Part shown: positions 41,305-51,476 of the stretch, piece by piece
Layout of the letters: the number at the start of each line of letters is the position of its first letter
How positions within the stretch are numbered: the stretch's first letter is position 1
Translations under genes and position numbers: made by a program
Origin: Candidatus Nomurabacteria bacterium
GTDB taxonomy: Bacteria; Patescibacteriota; Minisyncoccia; Phycocordibacterales; UBA9973
Assembly (NCBI GenBank): GCA_020631955.1
Contig: JACKGL010000002.1
Span: 13,860 to 77,859 of the forward strand
Reading direction: 5' to 3'
DNA: 64,000 nucleotides
Notes under the pieces: generated by a model
What the model was told of the DNA's origin: nothing
The model's database searches: none
Seen by the model: the letters and a program-made list of their open reading frames with translations, nothing else

Positions 41305-42055
41305 TTACTTCTAATACCATCTTTGAAAATACTTCAGGTTCAAGACTTGCTCTTCCAGGTAAAAACCCCATGGCCCCAGCTTCTAAGAAAGGCAAAATAT
41401 TTGTATCATCGGCTGATCCTCCATATATGATACTTACTTCATCCGCTGTTTTTCTGTTTGAAAGATCTGTGATAACTTTCTGTATATATATTTTTATTTC
41501 TAAAAACTCATTAGCCGAAGCTGGTCTTTTAGCATCTTTACCTATAGCCCAGACTGGTTCATAAGCTATTATTATATCTGTGTATCTTGTCTTTGGTATG
41601 TTAGACAAAGCAGTTTCTATTTGTTGTCTTATTATATTGAAATAAAAACCATTTTGATCTCTTTCATTTTCTCCTACACACAAAACAGGAGTCATGCCTT
41701 CTTTCAGACAATTTTTCAAAGATCCTGACACCATCTCGTCTGTCACACCTTCTCTCCTTTCTTCCGAGTGACCTATGATACCAAATTTTGCTCCTGCAGA
41801 AGCGGCCATGCTGGCGCTTATTTTAGTAGTAAAAGCACCTTTTGGTTCATGATGTATACCTTGATGGCCATATTTTGTTTTACCTTTTATCTCTTTTTGT
41901 AAAGTGTACAAAAATACAGACGGCGGACATATTACCGTCTCAACATATTTTGAGTTAGGAGTTATTCTTTGTAATGTTTTAGCGGTTGATTTAGCTTCAT
42001 TTAGATTTCCTGGATTCATCTTCCAGTTACCTATAACATAATACTTCTTTTCCAT
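41273..42055 (-). CDS. tpiA: Triosephosphate isomerase
   Basis: VIGNWKMN, IGHSEERRE, AYEPVWAIG and IYGGS are present. The likely start is MEKKYYV at 42055; the ORF extends to 42097. Confidence 0.9.
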   Translation of the reverse strand: MEKKYYVIGNWKMNPGNLNEAKSTAKTLQRITPNSKYVETVICPPSVFLYTLQKEIKGKTKYGHQGIHHEPKGAFTTKISASMAASAGAKFGIIGHSEERREGVTDEMVSGSLKNCLKEGMTPVLCVGENERDQNGFYFNIIRQQIETALSNIPKTRYTDIIIAYEPVWAIGKDAKRPASANEFLEIKIYIQKVITDLSNRKTADEVSIIYGGSADDTNILPFLEAGAMGFLPGRASLEPEVFSKMVLEVIDFAKNEGSK

Positions 42056-42081
42056 TAGAAATATTATATCATGAAAGTATT

Positions 42082-43548
42082 TTAAATTTCTTCCCAAGAC
42101 ACTACTTGGTACTCAGAAGAAGCTTCTGGAAATCCAGGAGGTGGATCCATAAGCAGATTGGCATCGTAGTTGACCTCTACCACCTGATATCCCCCAGAAG
42201 TCGCAGGGTAATAGAAAGCATAATTTTCATTGGATGCTATCATACCATACACCTCTAGTGAAGCCCTTTGTCTATATGTACTACAAGCCGTGCTGCCGTT
42301 GTTGTAATGCATTCTAGACACACCACCATTTTGAGCTACCATAGCAGCATCTATCTCCATAGTGTCATCAGATACAAGACCTATGAGTATATCGTCTTGA
42401 GCTATAAGACCTATAGCATCAGTACCATCATAGTTTGTATACTTCAAATCATGGTTGATTATTATATGTTTTCTGTTTGGTTCTGAATCAGGCAATATAC
42501 CAGCAGCTATAGTAATACGGTCACCATCTATAGTACCGTCCACCCAAACATGATCTTCAAAGAAGAGTTTTCCATCAGCAGGAAAAGAATAATTCCCTAT
42601 ATAAGACTCTCCTCCAGAAAGCTTTATGGTCCATCCTCCCCAATCAGGATCGTTTGGAGGAGCATCAGGGTCTGCACACCCACCACCTATATTTTGTTGA
42701 AGAAGTACAGTATATAAATCATAAGTACCATCAGTATTCAAGACAACATGGTATCCTTGATACCCAGAAGCTGGATAGTAATTACCGGAAGCTTGAGCGG
42801 CTGTTTTTATCTCTGCTAAGTCTTGAGTAATACCGACAAAATCAATAGCAGCTACACCTACTTCTCGTCCAGCCGCAAAAACATCAGATCTAGTAGCTAT
42901 ACTGCTCGGTGGGGCTTCTGCGGGTACAAAGTTGGCATAAGTACCTGTAAGAGGTGGAGGCTTTACGTGAGTATGAACAGCGTGTTCATTGTCTCCAGTA
43001 TGAAGAGGATCATCGTAGTCAACCATAGCGCTAGTAACTATATTATAAATAGTTCCGTCTATTCTAACACCTTGGTTCGAATGTATCGCTCCTGAGACAG
43101 TAGTGTTTTCTGGTATATAGATATTACTATTAGAAACAATAGCCCATTGAACTAATGACTCCTCAGATAAAGTAATTCTTATTGTTCTTGATATAGTAGA
43201 GTCTTCAACTAAAGTACCAGTAGACTCTATTATCACTAGACCAGAGCCTTCTCCTGGTGGAGTGATATCCAAAGAAAATTCTCCTACTTTAAGATCAAAA
43301 AAATCATAGTAGTCATGAATATAAGGACCTGCCACACCTGTGCCATCTTGGAAGTCGTCTGGGTCGTGAGATAAGTGCCATCTATAGTATTCTATTCCAG
43401 CTTCAGCTATTTGAAGGGCTTGCTCACTTAGTGCGATATGATGATTCAATCTTTGCAAAGAAATAGCCCACCCGACAAGTGCTGTCATGGCAGTAATAGC
43501 AACAGAACTAAAAACAATTACTCCGAGTAATAAACTTCCTTTTTTCAT
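42082..43548 (-). CDS. Pilus-associated protein with a PilX-like N-terminus
   Basis: 488 aa. MKKGSLLLGVIVFSSVAITAMTALVGWAISL...ALQIAEAGIEYY resembles the PilX N-terminal domain. It is the last gene of the pilB-pilC-pseudopilin run. Confidence 0.55.
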   Translation of the reverse strand: MKKGSLLLGVIVFSSVAITAMTALVGWAISLQRLNHHIALSEQALQIAEAGIEYYRWHLSHDPDDFQDGTGVAGPYIHDYYDFFDLKVGEFSLDITPPGEGSGLVIIESTGTLVEDSTISRTIRITLSEESLVQWAIVSNSNIYIPENTTVSGAIHSNQGVRIDGTIYNIVTSAMVDYDDPLHTGDNEHAVHTHVKPPPLTGTYANFVPAEAPPSSIATRSDVFAAGREVGVAAIDFVGITQDLAEIKTAAQASGNYYPASGYQGYHVVLNTDGTYDLYTVLLQQNIGGGCADPDAPPNDPDWGGWTIKLSGGESYIGNYSFPADGKLFFEDHVWVDGTIDGDRITIAAGILPDSEPNRKHIIINHDLKYTNYDGTDAIGLIAQDDILIGLVSDDTMEIDAAMVAQNGGVSRMHYNNGSTACSTYRQRASLEVYGMIASNENYAFYYPATSGGYQVVEVNYDANLLMDPPPGFPEASSEYQVVSWEEI

Positions 43549-43558
43549 CTATATTATA

Positions 43559-44173
43559 TTATAGATTAGTTTTTAAGTTTCTGATAGAAACTTGTGTGGA
43601 TATAGTTATAGGTTCTGGCAATTTAAGTGGGTCTGTATCTATAGTAACTTCTATTTCAACAAGTCTAACATCTTCTACACTCACAGGTTGAGTAAGCGGA
43701 TCTGTAGAACCATCATAATTCTCATCATAATATTGGAAAATATATCCTACAGAAGTATCGATACCACTAGCTATTGTGGTGATAGACTCGGCCCCAGAAT
43801 CATATACAGCTGGCACACCTGAAGGCTCTATTATTCCTCTTTTAAAATCTGTCCCATCCAAAAAGTACCTCATTCTCTCTGTCTGCCCATCAGCATCGTA
43901 GTCAGTATAAAAAGTAAATTCATTATCTCCTGCTGTTTCTATAGCATACGCACCGTTTTCTGAGGTCCGTGCAGCTCTTACTTCTCCAGCTATAGGACGC
44001 ATTATTCCACGTAGCTCATCAGCTGCTTTGAGGAATTGTGAAAACATTCTATTGTAATTAAGAACATTTGCTTGAAACTGACCGGCCACTACTGCAACCA
44101 CAGCTGTTATAGCTACAGCCACCAACAGCTCTATATAAGAAAATCCTCTATTTTTATTTTTAATATTTTTCAT
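43559..44173 (-). CDS. Type IV pilin-like protein (prepilin N-terminal cleavage/methylation motif)
   Basis: It starts MKNIKNKNRG|FSYIELLVAVAITAVVAVVAG, the classic class III signal. The start at 44173 avoids overlap with the upstream gene; the ORF extends to 44212. Confidence 0.8.
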   Translation of the reverse strand: MKNIKNKNRGFSYIELLVAVAITAVVAVVAGQFQANVLNYNRMFSQFLKAADELRGIMRPIAGEVRAARTSENGAYAIETAGDNEFTFYTDYDADGQTERMRYFLDGTDFKRGIIEPSGVPAVYDSGAESITTIASGIDTSVGYIFQYYDENYDGSTDPLTQPVSVEDVRLVEIEVTIDTDPLKLPEPITISTQVSIRNLKTNL

Positions 44174-44175
44174 AA

Positions 44176-45996
44176 TTATGTTTCTGACATAAATATTTCT
44201 ACGTTTTGCCAAGAACCTGTTGATACATTTATGACAGCCACCCCTTCATTATAACCAGATTTTTCTACTAAAACATCATACGTACCAGTAGAGACTCCTT
44301 GGAAAGCAACCTGTCCTGATGGTGTACAGTCAGTAGAGTGTGTTATTGCAACATCTGTCACTGTAGGAGTATAAGCTGTATCAGCGGTTGTAAGATATGC
44401 TCTATATCTTACATATTGGTCCCCATCATGTATGCTATTTATCGTTTGGTTGCTGGTAGTATAATAAGTACCAGTTGTGCCGTCAGGACCAAGAAAATTC
44501 CAAGTTGCATTGTCATTGTTTGTAGCTATTTGGAATCTAACACTGTCTGTACCTGTCTCTGCTGGTTGAGAAATTGGAAGCCAAGTGATTTCACCCCATG
44601 TAGATGGTGATCCAGTATCATAGGTAGATGAACGCAAGTTACCAGCAGACACATACGCGCCTAATGTACCAGATATAGTAAGCTCTCCAGCGACGTTGTA
44701 TCTTACATTAGACCTGTTCCAAAACATAGTTTCATCTACAAAGTCTGCCTGCCCTGCTCCTCCTACCCAATCTGTCTGTTGAAAAGTTCCTCTATATGTA
44801 GTGTCTGTAAGTATATCTGTACCACCAGATGTCTGAGTAAGTGTCACATAAGCATCGTCTAAAGGTAACCCACTATTTAGATCTCTTACTGTCACAAGTA
44901 CTGTAGGTGTATTCTTTGCCGCCACAATAAGTTGTACCGATTGTGACTGGCTAGGCTCAACTGTAAAATCTAGAAGAGGGTTGGCTCCTACTATTTCATA
45001 AGAAGCATCATTGGATTCTATACTATATGTATCCCACTCAAGTGAAGATATAGACAGGTTTCCTCCTGAGTCAGTTGTTAGACTCTGATCATATTTATAC
45101 ACACCATAAGTGGGAAAATATCCTATGGTTTTTGCTCCATGCATATCAAAGTCAAAGCTTGCTATAGGTGTACAGGCAGCATCGACAGAGGTTATGTTTC
45201 CGCTACCGTATTTATCAATAGACAAGGTTATTTGAGTGAGATCGTTTTCTAGTACAGTAGCGTGTGGAAGTGTTGGTGTGGCTCCCCCTAGGTCTGTAGA
45301 GTCATATGTTTGGTCTGAGGAGAAAGAAGATGTCTTATCAACATATATTTCATACGCTTGTGTATAAGGTGGAGCATCTACTATAGTAAGTTCTCCATCG
45401 GCCCCCACTTGGTCATCTATAGCTATGGTTGGAGAAGCTTCATAATTCCTTATTCGTACATTGGCTGCTGGAACAGGGTCTCCTTCTGCGTCTATAACTA
45501 TTATCTTGAGTGACCCATTACCTGTGCTGTTTTCTAGACCTTTTGGTGACACTAGAGTTGTAAAAGTCTCCATATTAACAGTGCTTCCTCCTTCTACATA
45601 TCTTATTTTGAGCTCTACTTGCTTTTGATCCGCTGGAGCATCATCATCAGGAGTACCACCTTCAGTACCGTCAAAATCGTTATCTATATTACGTACTGTC
45701 CTATCTACACGAAAAGTCAATCCTTCTTTTATGTAATTAGTAGATGGATCCAATGTTCCCGGAGGAACACCCCCTGCACCGACACCTATGTTTGCATAAG
45801 GCATATTCCTAACTCTCTCAAACTCCTCGTTGGCGAGAGTCGTCATTATTTCTTTTATTTTTATTTTATTATTTAGCTTTACTATAGTAGCCCAAGCTTG
45901 ATATATAGCTAAACTCACCACCAGGAAAAAAGCAGTGGCGACTAAAGTCTCTATCAAAGTAGTACCTTTATTTCTTTTTGAAAAATAATTATACAT
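44176..45996 (-). CDS. Giant pseudopilin (606 aa) with a prepilin-type N-terminus and Ig-like/carboxypeptidase-regulatory-like repeats
   Basis: It starts MYNYFSKRNKG|TTLIETLVATAFFLVVSLAIY. Later segments such as IIVIDAEGDPVPAANVRIRN, VTVRDLNSGLPLDDAYVTL and YDVLVEKSGYNEGVAVINV resemble CarboxypepD_reg-type beta-sandwiches. Confidence 0.7.
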   Translation of the reverse strand: MYNYFSKRNKGTTLIETLVATAFFLVVSLAIYQAWATIVKLNNKIKIKEIMTTLANEEFERVRNMPYANIGVGAGGVPPGTLDPSTNYIKEGLTFRVDRTVRNIDNDFDGTEGGTPDDDAPADQKQVELKIRYVEGGSTVNMETFTTLVSPKGLENSTGNGSLKIIVIDAEGDPVPAANVRIRNYEASPTIAIDDQVGADGELTIVDAPPYTQAYEIYVDKTSSFSSDQTYDSTDLGGATPTLPHATVLENDLTQITLSIDKYGSGNITSVDAACTPIASFDFDMHGAKTIGYFPTYGVYKYDQSLTTDSGGNLSISSLEWDTYSIESNDASYEIVGANPLLDFTVEPSQSQSVQLIVAAKNTPTVLVTVRDLNSGLPLDDAYVTLTQTSGGTDILTDTTYRGTFQQTDWVGGAGQADFVDETMFWNRSNVRYNVAGELTISGTLGAYVSAGNLRSSTYDTGSPSTWGEITWLPISQPAETGTDSVRFQIATNNDNATWNFLGPDGTTGTYYTTSNQTINSIHDGDQYVRYRAYLTTADTAYTPTVTDVAITHSTDCTPSGQVAFQGVSTGTYDVLVEKSGYNEGVAVINVSTGSWQNVEIFMSET

Positions 45997-45997
45997 T

Positions 45998-47197
45998 TTA
46001 TCCTACAGTATCTAATATAGAATACATTGGTGTAAGCATGGAAATAGCAAAGAAACCTACGGCACCTCCGATAAATATCATAAGTACAGGTTCTATGATA
46101 GTAGATAAATCTTTTGTCTTTTGTTCTACTTCTCCTTCATAAAATATAGCGATCTCATCTAGCATGTTGGAAAGCTCTCCTGTCTCCTCACCCACCTCCA
46201 TCATCTCTCCAAGCATAACAGGGTAAACTTCGGTGTGTTCTTTAAAAATTTTAGATATAGGAATACCTTTTATAACATCTTCTCTGGCCTTATCTATTAT
46301 TCTCTGGAAATATACATTTTGTACTACATCGTGAGTGATCTCCAAAGCTCTAGTAACAGGTACGCCCGCCGCTAGAAGAGATGCCATGGTTCTAGCTGTC
46401 CTAGCAGCATTCATTTCTTTGACTATATTTTTTACAACAGGTAAACGAAGGACTATAAACTGGATATATTTTTTCAATTTTGGATTTTTAACCATATAAA
46501 CGATTCCACCCAAGAAAGCAGCAAACCCTAAGAATATAACGGCTGGATGATTTATAAATAGACTGGAAATCCCTATCACAAACCTAGTAGTAGGCGGCAA
46601 CTCAATACCAAGTCCTTCAAAAGTAGAAGTAAGAGAAGGCACCACAAATATCATCATCAAAACTCCGATAAGACCCATAGCCGCAACTATAATAGAAGGG
46701 TATGTCATTGCTCCTTTTACTTTTTTAGTAAGCAGATAAGATTTCTCAAGAGTTTGACCTATTTCAAGAAGAGTTTTTGAAAGCTGTCCAGACTCTTCAC
46801 CAGCACGTACCATAGAAACAAATATTACGGAAAATACTTTTTTGTGTTTTTCCATTGACTCAGAAAAACTAGCTCCTTTGTCTATATCAGATATCATAGA
46901 AGCTATTATTTTTTTGAATTCTTTATTTTTTGTTTGTTTCTCAAAAACATTCAAGGCTCTAGACAAAGTAAGTCCTGCTTTTAGCATGTTTGATAAGTTC
47001 TTAGCAAAAAGCATTTTCTCAGAAGTCTTTACACTTGAAAACAAAGAGAGAGCTTTCTTTTCTTTTACTTCAACCACTTCTAAAGGGTGGAATCCTTCAG
47101 ATTTGAGAGTCTCTAGTAGTTCTTGTCTTGATTTTGCTTCACGTACTTCGTCGACTCTTTCTCTATTTTGATTTATAGCTTTGACTTTGAAAAACAT
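45998..47197 (-). CDS. pilC: Type IV pilus / T2SS platform protein (PilC/GspF family)
   Basis: 399 aa with two GspF-type repeats (..LSRALNVFEKQTKN..; ..VTRALEITHDVVQN..), three TM segments and a C-terminal MTPMYSIL. Confidence 0.85.
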   Translation of the reverse strand: MFFKVKAINQNRERVDEVREAKSRQELLETLKSEGFHPLEVVEVKEKKALSLFSSVKTSEKMLFAKNLSNMLKAGLTLSRALNVFEKQTKNKEFKKIIASMISDIDKGASFSESMEKHKKVFSVIFVSMVRAGEESGQLSKTLLEIGQTLEKSYLLTKKVKGAMTYPSIIVAAMGLIGVLMMIFVVPSLTSTFEGLGIELPPTTRFVIGISSLFINHPAVIFLGFAAFLGGIVYMVKNPKLKKYIQFIVLRLPVVKNIVKEMNAARTARTMASLLAAGVPVTRALEITHDVVQNVYFQRIIDKAREDVIKGIPISKIFKEHTEVYPVMLGEMMEVGEETGELSNMLDEIAIFYEGEVEQKTKDLSTIIEPVLMIFIGGAVGFFAISMLTPMYSILDTVG

Positions 47198-47214
47198 CTA
47201 TATAAATTATACAC

Positions 47215-48969
47215 TTATTCGGTGATAACTCGAAGCACTTCTTCGGTAGAAGTAAGTCCTAAGACTGCTTGGTATATACCGTCTTCAAGCATAGTCATCA
47301 TTCCTTCTTTTTTCGCCTGAGCTTCAATATCATCTGATGAAGCACCTTTTAATATAAGTTCTTTTATAGTAGGAGTGACATCCATAACTTCGTGTATACC
47401 TACTCTACCTTTATACCCATCTTCACATTCTGCTCCTGGTTTTGGTCTATAAAGAGGAACTTCTTTCCAGGTGTCTGTATTTTTTATAAGTTTTTCTGCT
47501 TTTAAGAAGTCCAGCATTCTATCTAGATCGATAAGCTTACCGAGAGCTTGTATTTCAGCATCTTCCATAAAATATTTTTCTTTACTGTTGCAAAGTCTTC
47601 TAACAAGACGCTGAGCAATGATTGTCTTTACCGTAGATACAATAAGAAAAGATTCGGCTCCCATGTCTATCATACGAGGAATAGCTCCAGCTGCTGAGTT
47701 GGTGTGGATAGTAGATAACACAAGGTGTCCTGTAAGAGCGGCGTTGATGGCCAAAGACACAGTTTCTCCGTCTCGAATTTCCCCCACCATGATGATGTCT
47801 GGGTCCTGACGAAGAAGTGTACGAAGTCCGTTGGCAAAAGTAAGCCCTATTTCACTCTTCACCTGAGTCTGGTTTATTCTAGGCATTTGGTATTCTATCG
47901 GATCCTCGACTGTAGATATGTTTACATCTGGAGTATTTAACATATCAAGTACAGTATAAAGCGTAGTAGTCTTACCAGAACCAGTAGGTCCAGTAGCCAA
48001 AATCATACCCGTAGTTTGTCTCATAGCGTTGTGTATTTTTTCAAGGCCTTCTCCATGAAAACCAAGTCCTTCCAAAGTAAAACCTTTTGAGTTTTCTTTC
48101 AAAAGACGGATAACAACTTTTTCTCCGAAATAAATAGGCAAAGTAGATACACGGAAAGAAACTCTATCCCCCGCCTCTGTAGTAATACGAAATCTACCGT
48201 CTTGAGGAAGTCTTTTTTCATCCAACTTCAGATTAGAAAGCACTTTTATACGTGCCACTATACCGGCTGCTGTTTCTTTAGGTAAAACCATGGCATCATG
48301 CAAAATACCATCTGTTCTATACCTTACCAACAAAGAAGCTTCTTGTGGTTCTATGTGAATATCGGATGCGTTTTGTATTATGGCGTGAGATATAAGAGTA
48401 TCTACTATTTTTATAATAGGAAGATCTTCTGCCATTTCTTTAAGATCTTTTTCACTTGCTCCACCTTCATCACTTTCTGATACAGCTTTTAGACTCTGTG
48501 ATTCTTTTTGAATAATAGCATCGAAGTCTGCTTTAAGACTTTTTTTGTATTGGTTGAGAGCGTCTTTCATTGAAGAAGCATCTGTAAGACGAGGAAGTAT
48601 TTTAAGTCCGACTTTTTTCTTTATAAAGTCCAGCACCGGTAGGTCGTCTATATCGAGCATAGCCACCTCCAGGCCTCTGTCGCTTCTTCTGTAAGCTACG
48701 ATATTGTTCTTGGCGGCTAGAGGTTCTGGTATAAGAGAAAGCACTGCTGTGTCTATCTTTTGATTCACAAGACTCACAAAAGGTATACCTAAAACATAAG
48801 CTTCCATCCTGCGAAGCTCATCTTCTTTTACTTTACCTTCACGTAATAGAATATTTTCAAAAGGCTCTCCTGTTTTTTTGGATTCATTCGAAGCTGTTTT
48901 TATATCTTCAGCACTTACCAACCCGGATTGTTCTATGAATTTTCGGAGCTCATTTTCCTTAATGTACAT
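47215..48969 (-). CDS. pilB: Type IV pilus assembly ATPase (PilB/GspE family)
   Basis: 584 aa with a GspE-N-like N-terminus, Walker A ATGPTGSGKTTTLYT, an Asp box, Walker B IMVGEIRD and a His box LTGHLVLSTIHTN. Confidence 0.9.
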   Translation of the reverse strand: MYIKENELRKFIEQSGLVSAEDIKTASNESKKTGEPFENILLREGKVKEDELRRMEAYVLGIPFVSLVNQKIDTAVLSLIPEPLAAKNNIVAYRRSDRGLEVAMLDIDDLPVLDFIKKKVGLKILPRLTDASSMKDALNQYKKSLKADFDAIIQKESQSLKAVSESDEGGASEKDLKEMAEDLPIIKIVDTLISHAIIQNASDIHIEPQEASLLVRYRTDGILHDAMVLPKETAAGIVARIKVLSNLKLDEKRLPQDGRFRITTEAGDRVSFRVSTLPIYFGEKVVIRLLKENSKGFTLEGLGFHGEGLEKIHNAMRQTTGMILATGPTGSGKTTTLYTVLDMLNTPDVNISTVEDPIEYQMPRINQTQVKSEIGLTFANGLRTLLRQDPDIIMVGEIRDGETVSLAINAALTGHLVLSTIHTNSAAGAIPRMIDMGAESFLIVSTVKTIIAQRLVRRLCNSKEKYFMEDAEIQALGKLIDLDRMLDFLKAEKLIKNTDTWKEVPLYRPKPGAECEDGYKGRVGIHEVMDVTPTIKELILKGASSDDIEAQAKKEGMMTMLEDGIYQAVLGLTSTEEVLRVITE

Positions 48970-49011
48970 GTTTATATTATAGCAGTTATTTAAACTGTTT
49001 TTAAATATAAT

Positions 49012-49695
49012 TTAAGACTTTTTACTATCCGCTATGACTTGCCCGTCTTTGAGAGTGATTATTCTATCTGTCATCTCAGCATATTCATCTTCATGAGTCA
49101 CCATAACAATAGTTTGTCCATTATCATTTAGATTTTTAAATACTTCCAAGACTTTGGCAGATGTTTCAGAGTCTAGGTTGGCTGTTGGTTCATCAGCAAA
49201 AAGCACTTTTGGTTTGTGTGATATGGCTCTGGCTATAGCTACTCTTTGTTGTTCACCTCCTGATAAAGCGCTAGGAAGGTTATCCAATCTGTGCCCTAAA
49301 CCTACTTCTTCTAAAGCGGCATGAGCGAGTTCTCTGGCTTCATCATAAGTCATACCTTGAGCTAAAAGAGGAGCCATAACATTTTCGGTAGCAGTAAGAG
49401 AAGGTATGATAGCGTAATCTTGGAAAACATACCCCAGCTTGGTGAGTCTAATATATGTTCTGTCATCAGCGTCTATGTTATCTACTCTTTGTCCTTCTAT
49501 ATATACTTCTCCAGATGTAGGGTGGTCTAAAAGTCCTAGTTGATAAAGCATAGTGGACTTACCAGAACCAGACTTACCAGTGATAGATACAAACTGACCT
49601 TCTTCTATACTAAAAGAGACGTCGTCTACGGCTTTGATCACCTTGCCACCGTTTTGGAAATGTTTATTCAAATTTTTTATTTCTATTATATTCAT
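49012..49695 (-). CDS. ABC transporter ATP-binding protein (MacB/LolD/FtsE-like)
   Basis: Walker A GKSGSGKST, signature LSGGEQQRVAIARA and Walker B LFADEPTANLD. Confidence 0.9.
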   Translation of the reverse strand: MNIIEIKNLNKHFQNGGKVIKAVDDVSFSIEEGQFVSITGKSGSGKSTMLYQLGLLDHPTSGEVYIEGQRVDNIDADDRTYIRLTKLGYVFQDYAIIPSLTATENVMAPLLAQGMTYDEARELAHAALEEVGLGHRLDNLPSALSGGEQQRVAIARAISHKPKVLFADEPTANLDSETSAKVLEVFKNLNDNGQTIVMVTHEDEYAEMTDRIITLKDGQVIADSKKS

Positions 49696-49696
49696 A

Positions 49697-50986
49697 TTAT
49701 CTTCCTAGTATGGCACTTAATGTATTTTGTTTGACCACTATTCTAGCTGGTATAAACCCTGCAAATATTGTAGCTATCATAAGTATAGTCGCTCTTATCA
49801 TGGTAGAAGGTACAGTAGCTACCAATATTCCATCTGAAAACGGGAAGTTAATAGGGTTTTGAGCTATGAAAGGTTTGAGCACAAAAAACAAAACAAAACT
49901 CGCTACCAATATACCTAGTACTGCATAAAAAAGAGACTGGAAAACATAAGATATTTCTATAGACTTTTCACTAACACCTATCCCTTTTAAGATGCCTATG
50001 TATCTTCTTCTTGTTATGGCGTTAACGAAGATCACTATAAATATAGTAATACAAGCCACAACAAGTCCGATAGATCCTATGACATTACCTAATATCGCAA
50101 ATGTCGCCTTTATGTCTTTGAGGAATTTGGGTTGAGCATCTTCAAATGTCTGCACTTTTCCATATTCAGAAAGACCGCTGTCTACCAAGCCTTGTTTGAA
50201 CTCTTCAGCTGAAACAATATTTTCATCTATATCTACTACTATCTCATCTACGTTAAAGTCAGTCCGTCCTATTATGTTTCTTAGCTCAGTATCATTCATA
50301 TATACTCTGGCGTCTACGTCTCCTGCTTTACTCTTTATGATACCTTTTACTATCACCTCTTTTGTTGCTTCACCTATCTTAAGTCTCACACGCGAACCCA
50401 CCTCTACATTTTTAAGCGTTGTATAACTTGGAGACTCTATAGGTGTATATTTAAAAAGCAGGTCTGAACCTATCATGATATAACCAGCATCGTTTTTAGT
50501 AAGATATTCTCCTTCTATCATTTTTTGAGATATCCCAGTCACAGCATCTTCTTGATCAGGGTCGATACCTACCAAAAGAGCTCCTGCACTATTTATCTTT
50601 TCTCCTCTTTCTAAAGAGTCTCTGTAGTTGGTCTCTACAGTACCACCAGAAGCGTATCTAGAAGTGAGAGCGATATATCCTTTTGCGTTTTTCACTACGC
50701 TCTCTACATAAGGAGAATTTTTTATATATTCAAACTCGTTTTTAGGAGTGATCATCACGTCTCCTGTGTAATATTCTCTGTTGGCTTCTACTGACCCTTC
50801 TATCAGACCGACAAGTATACCGGTAACAACAGTCAGGTTTAGAAAAGTCAGCATCATAACAAACACGATGAGAGCTGTGGTCCACTTGTTGGCTCTTTTT
50901 ATTTCTCTAAAAGCCAAGAACCAAGCAAGTCCAAGTATAGTAGAAAAACTCTGTGCATCTCTTTTCTTCTTTGATTCAGCTGTCAT
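49697..50986 (-). CDS. ABC transporter permease, FtsX/MacB-like with a large periplasmic domain
   Basis: 429 aa with a TM1, a roughly 230-aa extracytoplasmic domain and 3 TMs (the FtsX topology). It is adjacent to the ATPase with a 1-nt gap. Confidence 0.8.
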   Translation of the reverse strand: MTAESKKKRDAQSFSTILGLAWFLAFREIKRANKWTTALIVFVMMLTFLNLTVVTGILVGLIEGSVEANREYYTGDVMITPKNEFEYIKNSPYVESVVKNAKGYIALTSRYASGGTVETNYRDSLERGEKINSAGALLVGIDPDQEDAVTGISQKMIEGEYLTKNDAGYIMIGSDLLFKYTPIESPSYTTLKNVEVGSRVRLKIGEATKEVIVKGIIKSKAGDVDARVYMNDTELRNIIGRTDFNVDEIVVDIDENIVSAEEFKQGLVDSGLSEYGKVQTFEDAQPKFLKDIKATFAILGNVIGSIGLVVACITIFIVIFVNAITRRRYIGILKGIGVSEKSIEISYVFQSLFYAVLGILVASFVLFFVLKPFIAQNPINFPFSDGILVATVPSTMIRATILMIATIFAGFIPARIVVKQNTLSAILGR

Positions 50987-51070
50987 ATAAAGATAATTTT
51001 ATCACATGATCTTGGGAAAATGTATTTACTATAGTATGATTTAGATACTTTAAATTTAATCAGAAATAAA

Positions 51071-51466
51071 ATGGCAAAATATTCAAAAGGGAAAAAAGTG
51101 AAGGTTGGTAAATCATATGCTGGTTTAGGGCTTTTCGCAGATGAAGACATAAAAAAGGGAGAGTATATAATAGACTACACAGGAAAAGCGCTCACAGAAG
51201 AACAGGCTGATAAAAAAGGTGGTAAATATCTTTTTGAAGTAAAAAAGAACTATTACCTAGATGGTGCAGACAGGAAACATACAGCTAGATATATAAATCA
51301 TGCTTGCAATCCAAACTGCGAACCAGACATATATGGCAAAAGAGTAATAATAAGTGCGATAAAAAATATAAAAAAAGGTGACGAACTCACCTACGACTAT
51401 GGAAAAGAATACTTTAACGAATTCATAAAACCTCACGGCTGCCGCTGCGCGAAGCATAAGAAATAA
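51071..51466 (+). CDS. Minimal SET-domain protein (putative protein-lysine methyltransferase)
   Basis: 131 aa with GLGLFADEDIKKGEYIIDYTG, RYINHACNPNCE (NHxCxPN), GDELTYDYG (ELxYDY) and the C-terminal GCRC. Confidence 0.8.
   Translation: MAKYSKGKKVKVGKSYAGLGLFADEDIKKGEYIIDYTGKALTEEQADKKGGKYLFEVKKNYYLDGADRKHTARYINHACNPNCEPDIYGKRVIISAIKNIKKGDELTYDYGKEYFNEFIKPHGCRCAKHKK
51421..51466 (+). repeat. Direct repeat, left copy (last 15 codons plus stop of the SET gene)
   Basis: attcataaaacctcacggctgccgctgcgcgaaGcataagaaataA recurs at 53198-53243 with 2 mismatches. Confidence 0.9.
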
Positions 51467-51476
51467 ATAATAAAAT

